DNA of 64,000 bases from a virus. Shown here one piece after another: positions 36,695 to 47,209 of the stretch; the stretch's first letter is position 1, and the number at the start of each line of letters is the position of its first letter. Location: the IMG/VR virus record IMGVR_UViG_3300037262_000003, positions 46,054-110,053 of that record. One strand, given 5' to 3'. Made by a program: the position numbers and the translations under genes. A model generated the notes under the pieces. The model was not told the origin of the DNA. It ran no database searches and saw only the letters and a program-made list of their open reading frames with translations.

Positions 36695-37159
36695 TTAGCC
36701 GTTGCCAGCAATTGTGTATGAGGTAGCCCCGCCCGATGATGCAGTCCAGACGGACACAGTAGTTCCGTCATCTGCCGTAGTCCCGAGAAGAGACGATCCT
36801 AGAGGATAGATTAGACCAGGCTGAGCCGGGCTCGTTGGTGTAGTAGATGTCAGTACCTCAGAGTTCGATCCACCACCAGTAGGAATCTTAGGCACGCCAG
36901 CAGGAATGACCCTGCTGCTCGGATACCAGAGCTGGCCGCCATTGGCAATTGTTGCACTCTCGCCAGGGCCGATGGCCAGGCCGTCAGTTCCGGTCGCTGC
37001 TGCACCGTTAGCTGTGGCGTAGATCTCTCCAGATGTGCTGGTGTTCGTTACCACAACATATCCGAACCGGTCTGCGAAGGTTGTGGCCTCCGCAGTACCC
37101 GGAGTGGCGAATGTGCTGGAGTAGACGTAAACACCAGACGGTACGGTTCCGCCTGCCAT
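36695..37159 (-). CDS. Putative virion protein
   Basis: Thr/Gly-rich beta-type composition; AAGGAG RBS. Confidence 0.55.
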   Translation of the reverse strand: MAGGTVPSGVYVYSSTFATPGTAEATTFADRFGYVVVTNTSTSGEIYATANGAAATGTDGLAIGPGESATIANGGQLWYPSSRVIPAGVPKIPTGGGSNSEVLTSTTPTSPAQPGLIYPLGSSLLGTTADDGTTVSVWTASSGGATSYTIAGNG

Positions 37160-37169
37160 TTGTTACTCC

Positions 37170-37697
37170 TTAGTTGGTCGGCGTGTAAACGACGGCGGTA
37201 GCGTTGCCACCGACAGTCTTGATCCAGCCGCCCGGAGGTACGCTTACCAGGATCGGGTTGGCAGATGCTGTACCAGTGAACACGGTGGTGTAAACCGGAG
37301 TGCCAGTCGTGAATGGCGCAACGGCAACCGATGTGACGGCAGCACCAGTCACGGCAGCGGACGTGTTAACGCCGTAAGGCTGCTGAACACCGGTCGTGGT
37401 CGGGAGTGGCAGGGTAGCCGTCGTAGATAGGTTAGTCGTCGGGCTCACAGAGTATGAACCGTTGACCAGGATCTGAGAGGTGTAAGAACCTGAGTTCTCG
37501 CTGTCGATGTTGCCCGCGCCCGGAGGGTTAGGGAAGCCAGCAGATGTCTGACCTACGTTGGTGGCAGCAGGGACAACACCAGATACGGCGTAACCCTCAC
37601 CTGGGATGCCTGTGGTTGCCTGAGCAGAGCCAGTGCCCTGAACTGTCCAGCCCGGAGACAGGTTCTCGTCCGGAGTCTGCTGTGCAAACTGAGCCAT
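37170..37697 (-). CDS. Putative virion protein
   Basis: Thr/Gly/Pro-rich; RBS present. Confidence 0.55.
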   Translation of the reverse strand: MAQFAQQTPDENLSPGWTVQGTGSAQATTGIPGEGYAVSGVVPAATNVGQTSAGFPNPPGAGNIDSENSGSYTSQILVNGSYSVSPTTNLSTTATLPLPTTTGVQQPYGVNTSAAVTGAAVTSVAVAPFTTGTPVYTTVFTGTASANPILVSVPPGGWIKTVGGNATAVVYTPTN

Positions 37698-37735
37698 GGA
37701 TATTCCTTAAAGTCGGTTAGTTAAAGGATAGCTTA

Positions 37736-39964
37736 TTAGGGTGTGGCGTTGAGCTGAGCGGTTCCGTTGCCCGACGCTGAAGCCTGATGTGTAGTCGCAG
37801 GACCCTGCCAGTTAGCGGTAGTTCCCGTACCGGTCGTGTTCTGCTGTGCAGGCTGAGCCCCACCGGCAGAACGGGCAGAGCCCTTAAGCGGACGCTGTGT
37901 ACCACCAGCACCACCAATGGTTCCGCCAGTCTGACGGTTGGCACCGACGTTTCCACTTCCATGAGAAAGCTTCTCGCCGCTACCACCGGTCTGACCAGTG
38001 ACGTGCTTGATGCCCTTCTGTAGATCGTGGTGGCCCGTCGAGTCGTGATACCAGGCGTTGAACTTAGCGCCGCCACCCGATGACTGATGGTCTTCTGGCT
38101 CGGGCTGTCCGCCTTCACCTGAGCCACCAGACGGACGAGAGTACCCACGTCCGCCAGCATGATCCACATTACCCTGAGATCCGCCCACGTGACCATAGTT
38201 CACGTTGTTGGTGTTGTGGTTGATCACCACAGAACCGTAGTTATGCCCTCCAATGCCTACAGAGTGGTCACTAGTGTTCATACCACCACGCCCGCCGCCT
38301 ACCTCAGGACTGCGAGGAGCGGCACCGCTACGACCACCCCCAGTTGGGGCAGGAGGTGTAGCAACGGCACCACGATCAGGTACATCCGGTGCAGCAGGAG
38401 CAGGAGCGGGAGCTGACGGACGGTTACCCAGTGTCGGAGCTGCTGGAGTAGCCGTAGGAGCCGGGCTTCCACCACCGAGCTTGGCAGGCGCAGAAGGTGC
38501 GGGCGCTGGTGCAGTGACCTTGTTCATCTGTGAAGACATTGGAGTGCGCTGTGGCTCAGGCGCTAGACGCATAGGCGGTGCAGCCGCTGGTGCTGGAGCA
38601 GAACCCACATTTGACTTAGGAGCAGGGGCAGCAGACGGAGGTGGCGTTGGCGGCAGTGTAGCTGGGGATGTCTTGGCCGCTGGTGCAGGCTGTGGTGACA
38701 GAGATGGTGTCTCTGTGACTACCTCCGGGGCAGACTTTGCTGTCTTTGCACCCGTGCGCTTTGCCTTGGCAGCGTCACGCCCGGCCCAGTAGGTGTCGTT
38801 GCTGCCACCGCCAGCGATATGCGATTCGTATCCTGCGCGCATCTTAGAGGCAGGAGCCTTGGGGTTATCGATGGCGCGGGTGACCTCGCCAACCTTAGGC
38901 TTGGCAATTCCCACACTACCGTGGTTCATGGGAGCAGCAGCCTGGGCCTCTGGGCTAGCAGGGAAACGCCCGCCAGCAGGGGTAGGAGCTACAGGAGAGG
39001 GATTAGCAGCCGCCGATGGGGTCGGATGATCAACTGCTGTCTTAGCTGTCTGGTGACCGGCTGAGTCAGCCATGCGAACCGGAGGCTGTGCTGACGGCTT
39101 GTCAGAAATCTTGCTAGACGGGCCGCCCTCGGGCGTGACCATGGCGGCGAAGCCCTCAGCGTGACGACGGCTGGAGTACAGACCGGTCTCCTTCTGCGGG
39201 AACTGACGCCCCATGACAGGGGTGGCTGTAGGAGCCGCTGAGGCAGCGCTACGCGGGCTAGAAGCTCTTGCAGCAGCCTTAGCCTCGGCAGCCTTGCCAC
39301 CTCCCTTAGAGCCTCTTGCAGCGGCTGCACGGGCCTGGTCTCGTTCTGCCCGAGATCCGCCAGCGGTTCGACCGGCGACAGCGGAAGCCCCGTTGTCCTG
39401 CGTACGCGGGGCAGCCATGTTGTTGCGAGCAGCAGTGCCAGCGTCTACGGCCTGTGGCTTCAAGGTGCCAGAGGTAGATGTGCTCGGAGCAGGACTCTTA
39501 GACTGCGCAGATGCCACAGATTCGGGTGTCTGCTTGTCTGACGTACGAGACAGACCGGCCTTAGACATTGCCTCGGCCATGGATGACTGCGGTGCAGAGC
39601 CAGGAGTGGACGTTGAGTGGGCTGCGCCCGATGGCTTAGATCCCCTTGCAGCCGCCTGCTGTTCTTCGGGAGACATCTTAGACCAAGCCTTGTCGGAGTC
39701 GGCGGCCTTCATCGCTGCCGGGTCAAGCTTCTTAACGCCACCGGCTAGCGCCTTGTGGGTGGACGCCACAGTCTCCTCATCTTCGGCTGCTGTGTCAATG
39801 TTGATAGCGTTCTTAGCAGGCTTACGTGACACACGTCCTACCTGCTGCGCCACCTTAGCCTTCTGGGCTTCGAAGCCAGCCTCAGGAGATGGCGCTCCTG
39901 CGTCTTCTGACTTGCGACGGGCACGGTAAGCCTCAAGGCTTTCGCCCGGATACGGTGCAGACAT
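37736..39964 (-). CDS. Large Pro/Ala-rich, probably disordered protein
   Basis: 742 aa low-complexity ORF with AGGAG RBS. Confidence 0.7.
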   Translation of the reverse strand: MSAPYPGESLEAYRARRKSEDAGAPSPEAGFEAQKAKVAQQVGRVSRKPAKNAINIDTAAEDEETVASTHKALAGGVKKLDPAAMKAADSDKAWSKMSPEEQQAAARGSKPSGAAHSTSTPGSAPQSSMAEAMSKAGLSRTSDKQTPESVASAQSKSPAPSTSTSGTLKPQAVDAGTAARNNMAAPRTQDNGASAVAGRTAGGSRAERDQARAAAARGSKGGGKAAEAKAAARASSPRSAASAAPTATPVMGRQFPQKETGLYSSRRHAEGFAAMVTPEGGPSSKISDKPSAQPPVRMADSAGHQTAKTAVDHPTPSAAANPSPVAPTPAGGRFPASPEAQAAAPMNHGSVGIAKPKVGEVTRAIDNPKAPASKMRAGYESHIAGGGSNDTYWAGRDAAKAKRTGAKTAKSAPEVVTETPSLSPQPAPAAKTSPATLPPTPPPSAAPAPKSNVGSAPAPAAAPPMRLAPEPQRTPMSSQMNKVTAPAPAPSAPAKLGGGSPAPTATPAAPTLGNRPSAPAPAPAAPDVPDRGAVATPPAPTGGGRSGAAPRSPEVGGGRGGMNTSDHSVGIGGHNYGSVVINHNTNNVNYGHVGGSQGNVDHAGGRGYSRPSGGSGEGGQPEPEDHQSSGGGAKFNAWYHDSTGHHDLQKGIKHVTGQTGGSGEKLSHGSGNVGANRQTGGTIGGAGGTQRPLKGSARSAGGAQPAQQNTTGTGTTANWQGPATTHQASASGNGTAQLNATP

Positions 39965-40621
39965 TTAGACTCCTGAGTATGGACCTAGAGTGTTATACAG
40001 ATCATCTTCCGGGGTCCACACATTACCATCTGGGAAGACCGGATCGTACTTATACTCTTCAATGGTACCGGGCACAATGAGTGAGTTGATGTCAACTGTC
40101 TCGTTGGCGTCGGTCGATGGGACCTGAATGTGGAATGTTCTTCCGCCCATCCAGTGTTCTGTGACGAAGTAGAAGAAGGCATTGCCCGAATCTGTGGTGA
40201 TTGTCGAGCTTGATGCAGTCTGATCGGTGGCGAAGAGGAAGATATTGAGCTGCCCGAGACGTGTGTACAGACGCTCTGATCCCCAGTTGTTGTACGCGAA
40301 CGCAATGGGATTGTTCATGGTTCCCGTGTAACGGCGCGGCAGACGGAAGGTGTTGCCGTTGTCTACGACTGTGATGTTGTCAGACATCATGACTGTGACG
40401 TACCCGGCCAGAGGGGAACTGTTCGTGTCGAAGTAATTCCCGGTGACATTCACGAATGCAAGATTGGTAGGAAAGCCAGGACCAGTAGTCAGAGTGTCGC
40501 CCGCGAGGATGGTGATCTTGTCCTGCGCCGTCCAGCCCGGAATCCACCAGGGAGCGCGCAGAGGATCATCGGCGTTGTACGTCCCGTTGTAGGCCATGGC
40601 GTAGCTGTTTGGCGTAGTCAA
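39965..40621 (-). CDS. Hypothetical (virion) protein
   Basis: 218 aa; GGGAG RBS before TTG. Confidence 0.6.
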   Translation of the reverse strand: MTTPNSYAMAYNGTYNADDPLRAPWWIPGWTAQDKITILAGDTLTTGPGFPTNLAFVNVTGNYFDTNSSPLAGYVTVMMSDNITVVDNGNTFRLPRRYTGTMNNPIAFAYNNWGSERLYTRLGQLNIFLFATDQTASSSTITTDSGNAFFYFVTEHWMGGRTFHIQVPSTDANETVDINSLIVPGTIEEYKYDPVFPDGNVWTPEDDLYNTLGPYSGV

Positions 40622-40668
40622 GATGACTCCCTTCTCCCCATAATAGTACCTTGACTTCGGGCTGAGCC

Positions 40669-41256
40669 TCAGTACCGACGACGCCTAAGGTAAGTTATTG
40701 CAGAGAATAGCCGTTCAGGGGAGTCCTGAAAATGCCCGAGACCATGGTTACACCCTCGGCACAGGACCCCCCTTACTTCCCCTGTGACATGTGAGTGATC
40801 AATATGCGTATCCTTGCTGTCTAGCTCTAGCATCATTCCGCATATTTCACATCTGCCACCGCAACGCTTCCATAGGCGATCGAAGTCGTCAAAACCGTCG
40901 AGCCCGTAGTTATTGATTAGCCGCTTCATTCGCGCGTAGTGTCTGTCACAGTAACCAGAGCCCCGTGTTAGCTCATCGCAGTCTGAGCGAAGGCATGTAC
41001 CCGCTATGCCACGAAACACCACATGCTTTACAGAGCCGGTAGGAACAACTCCATTACTCTTCCACGACTTGTTATGTGGGTCGCATAGCTGGTTAGCTCG
41101 TTGTTTCCTTTTGCAATCAGACACAATGCAAATCTTCTCATGCCTAACCGGAAGATACGCAGGGTCTCCGTGTGCCTTCCATCGCTTCCAGTGCTTGTGG
41201 CAGTATCCTTGCCCGTAATGTTTCGTCTTGCAGTCGTCTACAGTACATATTCTCAT
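40669..41256 (-). CDS. Endonuclease VII-family homing endonuclease with C-x4-C...C..H repeats
   Basis: HIDHSHVTGEVRGVLCRGCNHGLG. Confidence 0.85.
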   Translation of the reverse strand: MRICTVDDCKTKHYGQGYCHKHWKRWKAHGDPAYLPVRHEKICIVSDCKRKQRANQLCDPHNKSWKSNGVVPTGSVKHVVFRGIAGTCLRSDCDELTRGSGYCDRHYARMKRLINNYGLDGFDDFDRLWKRCGGRCEICGMMLELDSKDTHIDHSHVTGEVRGVLCRGCNHGLGHFQDSPERLFSAITYLRRRRY

Positions 41257-41260
41257 ACTC

Positions 41261-42910
41261 TTAGTGTAGCCGACGACGACGGTAGAAAGGATTAACACTC
41301 ACCTCCACGACGGAGGTCTCCTCTTCCCTGTCACGACTCAACATGCAGCCGATAGCCAGGGAGTCGGCGTAGTCATCATGAGCATCCCTGATGGACGGAG
41401 CCTCAGCCAGGACGTAAGGACCCTTGAAGACTATCTCAAGGTCTTCCATCTCCTGGCGGAAACGCTTCCAGATCTTAAGACGACGTACCTTGGCCCCAGC
41501 GGGCCACATGACCTGACGGCGGTCGATAAGAGAACGTAGGTACTTCCAGCGCTCGGACTGCTCGCTCTGTGACGATCCCAGATCGACAATATCGATGTGC
41601 GGCATAAGAACCCTGAGCCTCTGGGCCACGACATCCCCCAGACCGCCCGAGTCGATGCCTACCTTCCAGATGCTGTAGTTCGAACAGAACTCAACAATGC
41701 GGAAGTACTGTTCTTCCCAGTCCATGCCTTCCAAATCGAGCCAGTTCAGGACACGGTGATGGTACATGCCCAATTCGTCTGGGTGATCCCAGTCAACGAA
41801 GATGGCTGTGACGACGGTCCTGTCCTGCTTTCGGGCGCAGTCGATGCCTATGACGATGGGAGTCCTGTTCCACGCCTGGACAAGCTGCTGCATGGTGATG
41901 TCCCCGCAGGCGTCAAGCTTCTCATTGGTCGTGAACATACCCTTATCGAGCAGCCAGATCAGTCTGTAGGAGAGCTTGAACTCATCAGAGTCTTCTCCCA
42001 TGGCGAGCATGTCGCCCGCTACGGACTTCTTGTAGTTGTCATTCTCTCGCGCTGCTATGCGCCAGTCAACCTCAAAGTGATTCTGACGATGACGGCCCCT
42101 CTTGACGGCCTCTCGCTTGTTGACATTGATCTGCTTGTAGAAGACGTTCTTGGTGTACGTCGGCGTGCCCGTGTAGACTTTGGTGGCGTTATACGCTGCA
42201 CCCATAGGACGTACTGACTTGTCGATGACCTTATCGTCTGCGCCCTGGCATTCGTCAATCAGGATGATGTGGTACGAACGTCCTTCAATGGTTGCCCGAG
42301 GATGGCAAGTCGTCTTACGCACAAGACTATGGCCCTTGCCGTCCTGCAACGGGCGAGGGTTGTTCAGGAATCGAACGTAGACCGTACGGCCCTTCCCTGC
42401 AAGCTCTGCGTTGATCTCAGGGTCATCCATGACCGCCAGGGCGTTGTCTGAGGACAGCCTAGAAACTATACGCCCGAAGAGGTTGTCAGCCTGCTCGTCC
42501 ACAGGGGCGAAGGCACCGACCCAGACACCACCAGCGAACTTGCCCAACAGGTCAGGGAACGCCTTGGAGAGCACGGGGAACATGATCATAGCCGTCGCTA
42601 TAGTGTTGGCCACGGTCTCAGACTTGCCTGTCTGTCGTGCGAACAGGGCCGTTATGGTGGCACCGTCGTTGATGATCAGGCTCTCGAATATGCGACGGGC
42701 GAATGGCTTCTGGTACTCGTACAGAGGGTTGCCAGAAATGATGTCGCAGACCAGCATGAGCTTATCGATTAGCTTGTTGACCGTGGCCTGTGACATATCA
42801 TCAAGGATGACCTCTGTGGCCTCGCGGGCCTCGCGCTCTGCGTCTGTGTCATCCGACTGATCGTCTTCTAGCTCAATGCCTAGATCCAGATCGATATCTT
42901 CTTCTACCAT
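41261..42910 (-). CDS. terL: Terminase large subunit
   Basis: ARQTGKS, IILIDE, GTP, GIDCA..DRT, HDDYADS. Confidence 0.95.
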   Translation of the reverse strand: MVEEDIDLDLGIELEDDQSDDTDAEREAREATEVILDDMSQATVNKLIDKLMLVCDIISGNPLYEYQKPFARRIFESLIINDGATITALFARQTGKSETVANTIATAMIMFPVLSKAFPDLLGKFAGGVWVGAFAPVDEQADNLFGRIVSRLSSDNALAVMDDPEINAELAGKGRTVYVRFLNNPRPLQDGKGHSLVRKTTCHPRATIEGRSYHIILIDECQGADDKVIDKSVRPMGAAYNATKVYTGTPTYTKNVFYKQINVNKREAVKRGRHRQNHFEVDWRIAARENDNYKKSVAGDMLAMGEDSDEFKLSYRLIWLLDKGMFTTNEKLDACGDITMQQLVQAWNRTPIVIGIDCARKQDRTVVTAIFVDWDHPDELGMYHHRVLNWLDLEGMDWEEQYFRIVEFCSNYSIWKVGIDSGGLGDVVAQRLRVLMPHIDIVDLGSSQSEQSERWKYLRSLIDRRQVMWPAGAKVRRLKIWKRFRQEMEDLEIVFKGPYVLAEAPSIRDAHDDYADSLAIGCMLSRDREEETSVVEVSVNPFYRRRRLH

Positions 42911-42974
42911 GAGTTCTCCAAATAAATAGCCCGGCTCCCTCCATACTAGAGGGAAACCGGGCCAATAAGTGGAT

Positions 42975-43226
42975 CTATGCCAGACGACCCTCGATATAGG
43001 CCAGTACAGCCTTCTCAACGGTCTCCAGTGCTAGCTGAACTGCTGCCTGAATCTCGGGCGTAGCGTCCTTGATAGCAACCAGTGCATCAGACTTGGCCTG
43101 AGCCTCTACGTTCTTGACGTCAGACAGAGCATCCAGTACGCCACTGTGGAAGATGTGGGACACGTGGTCCTTGACTTCGACAGCATCATCCTTGAGCTTG
43201 CTCTCGATCTGTGAGAACGTCATCAT
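42975..43226 (-). CDS. Hypothetical helical protein
   Basis: AAAGGGG RBS. Confidence 0.55.
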   Translation of the reverse strand: MMTFSQIESKLKDDAVEVKDHVSHIFHSGVLDALSDVKNVEAQAKSDALVAIKDATPEIQAAVQLALETVEKAVLAYIEGRLA

Positions 43227-43253
43227 AGGCTTACCCCTTTCGTCCTTCTCAGT

Positions 43254-43619
43254 TTACTCCATGACCTCGCTTGGCGCATTCGCAGTGCCAGTCTTGGCCC
43301 GCCGACCCCTTAGGAATCGTCTCGGGGCAGAGTTCGTGATGGTAGCCTGTGGTGGTTCTGACGGTGCAGAAGGAACAGGCGTAGGATCGTCCCTTTCTTC
43401 TACGACGGGCCGGAACTTCCTCTCCATCAGCTCCGTGATCACTAGATTCGCTGTCGTCTCCGCTATCGCCAGCTCCGACAGGTGGTCCGGGTTCCGACTC
43501 GACTGATAGGCTTCCAGGTGACGTTGCATTCCTGGTATTGCTGACCCTAGCCATTCGAGCATCTGCCCCTCTGACATGCCCTTGATTCTCTTCTCAGCTC
43601 GGGCGATATCAAAGGTCAT
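43254..43619 (-). CDS. Hypothetical protein
   Basis: 121 aa ORF in operon orientation. Confidence 0.55.
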   Translation of the reverse strand: MTFDIARAEKRIKGMSEGQMLEWLGSAIPGMQRHLEAYQSSRNPDHLSELAIAETTANLVITELMERKFRPVVEERDDPTPVPSAPSEPPQATITNSAPRRFLRGRRAKTGTANAPSEVME

Positions 43620-43787
43620 CGTTATCCATATAGTCCATCAGACCTAGCATGTCCAGTAGCATGAACTCATCGGTAAGACCTGTAGATGAGCGACTTACGT
43701 ACTCACGCGCTAGTGATCTTTGATTCTTCATGAGTCACCTTACCTCGCAGTCCAGACTGCCCTTCGAGTAGTCCGAGATGGACTCCC

Positions 43788-44147
43788 TCAACGAGTCCAG
43801 AGTTCTTGGGGGACGGATTCATCCCATGCGTCATGTTCTTCATTCGTGCGGTTCCTCCCATGGATAGTAGCGCTGAGTAGCGCTGTGTTCTCATCGTAGT
43901 GCTTCTTTCCCCAGAAGCCCAGGACCAGTGAACGCTTCCACCAGTACCTGACGATGAGAGTGTATCCCTTACGGAAGGGTTCGTCAAGTTCCCATGAGAT
44001 GCCGCCCAGGACAGGAGGCGTGTACCACTTGACGCGTACTGTGTGCCAGAATGCCCGGTGTACCCACGAGCCTGTTATCTTGTTCTCAGCCCAGTCCAGG
44101 GCGTTGTGCAGCCCGGCGATGATGTCTGTGGCGTCCTTGTATTCCAT
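43788..44147 (-). CDS. Hypothetical protein
   Basis: ELDEPFRKG motif; RBS present. Confidence 0.55.
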   Translation of the reverse strand: MEYKDATDIIAGLHNALDWAENKITGSWVHRAFWHTVRVKWYTPPVLGGISWELDEPFRKGYTLIVRYWWKRSLVLGFWGKKHYDENTALLSATIHGRNRTNEEHDAWDESVPQELWTR

Positions 44148-44159
44148 GTGAAGCTCCGA

Positions 44160-44609
44160 TTATCCGACTCTGGTGCCGCTGCCTGGCCCGCCTATTCCGT
44201 TACGGGCCATCCACTTGCCTGTACTGGTACGCTCGCGCTGTAGGTCTGCCCACTGATCGGGAGAAATACCAGAATAGTCATAGGATATACCATCACGGAA
44301 CAGTATCCTGAGCGTCCCGCTCTGCTCGTCGTATGTGGCGTTGTGGGTTCTCGGGCGCGTAGGGTCCATCGTCACTGTTGGCTCGATCGCATCGTCTTCT
44401 ATGAAGTCCGAGGGGGCGGTTGCCAGCCACGCTAGGTCAGCGTCGTAGACATCGCCTATAACGGCCGAGAAATCGTCCTGGGGGGGCTGCTGGTAGGCGG
44501 GTGCCGTAGAGTACTCAGCCACGCCTCCAGGGGCCACAGGAGCCGTCCTGGCCCCTCTACGGGTGACCCACGAAAGAGGGTTAACCCGGCTAGTCCATCT
44601 CGTTGCCAT
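44160..44609 (-). CDS. KTSC-domain protein
   Basis: YDEQSGTLRILFRDG..YDY......W..L....STGKW. Confidence 0.75.
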   Translation of the reverse strand: MATRWTSRVNPLSWVTRRGARTAPVAPGGVAEYSTAPAYQQPPQDDFSAVIGDVYDADLAWLATAPSDFIEDDAIEPTVTMDPTRPRTHNATYDEQSGTLRILFRDGISYDYSGISPDQWADLQRERTSTGKWMARNGIGGPGSGTRVG

Positions 44610-44874
44610 CGGAGCCTATCCTGTCCCACTGGACTGTCCACGCAGGGTTGATCCGGAAACCCGTCTCGTCCTCGACCTTGAAGTGAGGGCACCAGGACTT
44701 CGGGGGACTCTCATGACGACCGTTCAGGTACACGCAGGTATAAACCGTGGCCAAACGTTCATGGCCACGGTTCGGCCTCATATCAGGAGACTCTCTCCAG
44801 AAGTTATTCCGGAAGTCGGGCTCCTGCTTCTTCGGCACTACCGGAGTAGGGATATAGAAGTCGTCGGCTGACAT
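44590..44874 (-). CDS. Hypothetical protein
   Basis: Coupled to both neighbours. Confidence 0.5.
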   Translation of the reverse strand: MSADDFYIPTPVVPKKQEPDFRNNFWRESPDMRPNRGHERLATVYTCVYLNGRHESPPKSWCPHFKVEDETGFRINPAWTVQWDRIGSDGNEMD

Positions 44875-45344
44875 TAGCTACCACTATAAGCCTTTATACA
44901 GTCACGGGGGGCGTCTACCTGCGCAACATGAGACTTGATGACTGACTCCTCGTGCAGGTCATATGCGTTGGTGTTTCCCTTGAGTAGAATGTCAAGGAAG
45001 AAATCCCAGTTGCCGCTATCATCGGCGGCACGAGTGTTCTGGTACTCGCAGCCAGCGATTGCAGCCTTCTGGAAAGACGTAGCCTGACGTTGTGCCGCCG
45101 TTGCCTGACTCTGGACCTGTTCTGTCAGGCTGTACTGATTTGCATAGAGGTATCCAGACACGCCAGCGCCGAGGGCTAGAGCGACTACCACGCCGGTAAG
45201 CCAACGGACAGCAACCTTCCACGGCTTCATCGCGGCGTTAGTGGCAGCCTTAACCAGATCATCGATCTTAGTTAGCTGAACCTCCGCTGCCCGTGCTAGC
45301 TTGCTCTCCTCGACTTCCGCCGCTGTCTGTACCTTGTTCGCCAT
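44874..45344 (-). CDS. Membrane protein (lysis-module-like)
   Basis: One TM helix, external coiled region, Cys pair. Confidence 0.55.
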   Translation of the reverse strand: MANKVQTAAEVEESKLARAAEVQLTKIDDLVKAATNAAMKPWKVAVRWLTGVVVALALGAGVSGYLYANQYSLTEQVQSQATAAQRQATSFQKAAIAGCEYQNTRAADDSGNWDFFLDILLKGNTNAYDLHEESVIKSHVAQVDAPRDCIKAYSGS

Positions 45345-45795
45345 CACCACTCACTTCCAATTGCTTCATTGTGTGCAACAAAATTGCGGCAGCGACTTGT
45401 TCCCCTGGAAAGATCTTGAACGGCGCTGCCGTGCCGTGTTCCCAGTCTCTGATGACTTCTAGATACCCCGAAAGCTCATCCGCCTCTGTAGGAGTTATGT
45501 TCCCATCTAGCAGTGTATCGAGTAGTTCATCCACTCTTGCCCGAGAGGGCTCTGGGTGGTGAAGCACCCTTGCCATGTCTCCTGCGATCTCTCGCCAGAA
45601 GACTTCCATCTTGGTCTCAACGATAGTCACTCGCTCCTTAAGGGGATCGATGACTTCCTCCATGAGCTTATGGAGGGTAGACGTGACTATATTTTCTATA
45701 GCCTTCTTACTTCTCTTGGCCCACAACTGGTAAAAAGTGAACCCGGCGATGACTATAGAGCACACAGCCTCTACGAAGTAGACATCTACATGCAC
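45268..45795 (-). CDS. N-terminal TM + coiled-coil protein (holin-like)
   Basis: TM helix followed by LKERVTIVETK. Confidence 0.5.
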   Translation of the reverse strand: MHVDVYFVEAVCSIVIAGFTFYQLWAKRSKKAIENIVTSTLHKLMEEVIDPLKERVTIVETKMEVFWREIAGDMARVLHHPEPSRARVDELLDTLLDGNITPTEADELSGYLEVIRDWEHGTAAPFKIFPGEQVAAAILLHTMKQLEVSGDGEQGTDSGGSRGEQASTGSGGSAN

Positions 45796-45817
45796 GTCGA
45801 AACCGCCAAATAAGTAG

Positions 45818-45861
45818 AAAAAGGGACGATACCTCTACGATACGAGTATACCGTCCCTTTT
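45818..45861 (-). terminator. Hairpin terminator
   Basis: AAAAGGGACG...CGTCCCTTTT inverted repeat. Confidence 0.6.
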
Positions 45862-45869
45862 CCTTCAAC

Positions 45870-47201
45870 TTACTCACCAGTATGCACAGTGAGTCCTTCC
45901 CATCCGATGCCCTGTCCGGGGGTAACCCATAGGCTAATCATACCAGCCGGGACATCTGATCCGTCAGCACGACGGAACCAGTTAGATCCTCCGTCCAGAG
46001 GCGGGGCCTGAATCCAGGTCCGGTTAGAGCCCATCTGCTCAACCCGCAGGTGATGGAAGTGGCCCGTGAACATCATGTCAGCGAGGCCAGCCTGCTGCTT
46101 GCCGAATGACTGCTTGCCCCACCATGCCTCGAAGCTGTTCGGTGCCTTGGCGAGGTGCCCGTGAGTGAATCCCAGAACGAAGGGCTTGTCCTGCCCACCG
46201 ACGTTCAGCGTGATGACAAGTTCCTCATCCTCAGGGAAGATGAATCCCACGTGCTTGTACTTGGGATTGTCAGCCATGGCGTCAGCAACGGCAGAAGCTC
46301 CCTCGATAGCCCACGAGTCAGTCACGGGCTGCTGGACGATGCGATAGGTCTCATCGTGGTTGCCCGGAAGGACAGGGACGATGACACGAGCCGCATACGG
46401 GGACAGCTCAGCCACGATGTGGGTCAGCAGGCGACGGTACACGCGAACCTGCTCTGTGATGCTGATATCGAGACGTGCCACGAGCTTGCCACCCTGAGAC
46501 ACAAGCCCCTCGATGCAGTCACCGAGCACAGGGATGACGATCAGGTCAGCTCCACCGGCAGCTTCGATCTTCTCACGGATCTCCTGCACAATACGCCCGA
46601 ACCTGTCTACCAGAGCGGCGGTGCCGCCTCCGTCGATCTTCCCTGCCTGTAGGTCAGCGATAGGAACCACGAAGATCCCATTAGCGTGATGCTCTCCACT
46701 GTCCCATCGTGCCAGGCCGTCTCGTCCCTCGTAGTCCTTGAGGATTTCCGAGATCTGATCCACCGAAAGGTCACCTGACTGAGCGCCACGACGACCCAGC
46801 TCCAGCTTGTGGGCTGAAAGCCATTCACCGCCAGCGTTCTGCCAGCGTGATTCCTTGCGGCACGTGACTTCCCACTTCTCGGGGTCGGCTCCGACACTTT
46901 CCAGAAGTTCCTTGTCCTCAAGGGTCACGCCCTCGGTAACAGGAACAGGAAGTGTGCGGGCCTCGCCACGGTCTCTTGAGAGATCAAGACCTGGGAACCA
47001 CTGCACTGTCTGACCAATAGGGCCGGGCTCGCTGATACGCTCCATGGGCTCAGGGGCAACGATGTTACGCTGACGCCAACGACGAATGACACTTTCGTCA
47101 ATATCAAACGTCCGTGCCACCTCCCGGTTGGGCATGGACCTGTTCATCACTGCTGCGGCAAGGAAGCTGTTGTCCCTCATCCGTTCTTCTAGCGTTGCCA
47201 T
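45870..47201 (-). CDS. Calcineurin-like metallophosphoesterase/nuclease with N-terminal HTH
   Basis: ADLQAG, LGDCIE, GNHD, HGH, GHFHH. Confidence 0.85.
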   Translation of the reverse strand: MATLEERMRDNSFLAAAVMNRSMPNREVARTFDIDESVIRRWRQRNIVAPEPMERISEPGPIGQTVQWFPGLDLSRDRGEARTLPVPVTEGVTLEDKELLESVGADPEKWEVTCRKESRWQNAGGEWLSAHKLELGRRGAQSGDLSVDQISEILKDYEGRDGLARWDSGEHHANGIFVVPIADLQAGKIDGGGTAALVDRFGRIVQEIREKIEAAGGADLIVIPVLGDCIEGLVSQGGKLVARLDISITEQVRVYRRLLTHIVAELSPYAARVIVPVLPGNHDETYRIVQQPVTDSWAIEGASAVADAMADNPKYKHVGFIFPEDEELVITLNVGGQDKPFVLGFTHGHLAKAPNSFEAWWGKQSFGKQQAGLADMMFTGHFHHLRVEQMGSNRTWIQAPPLDGGSNWFRRADGSDVPAGMISLWVTPGQGIGWEGLTVHTGE

Positions 47202-47209
47202 GTAACTCC

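Noticed and set aside
38253-39929. Long plus-strand ORFs
   Set aside because: Antisense shadows of the Pro/Ala-rich gene
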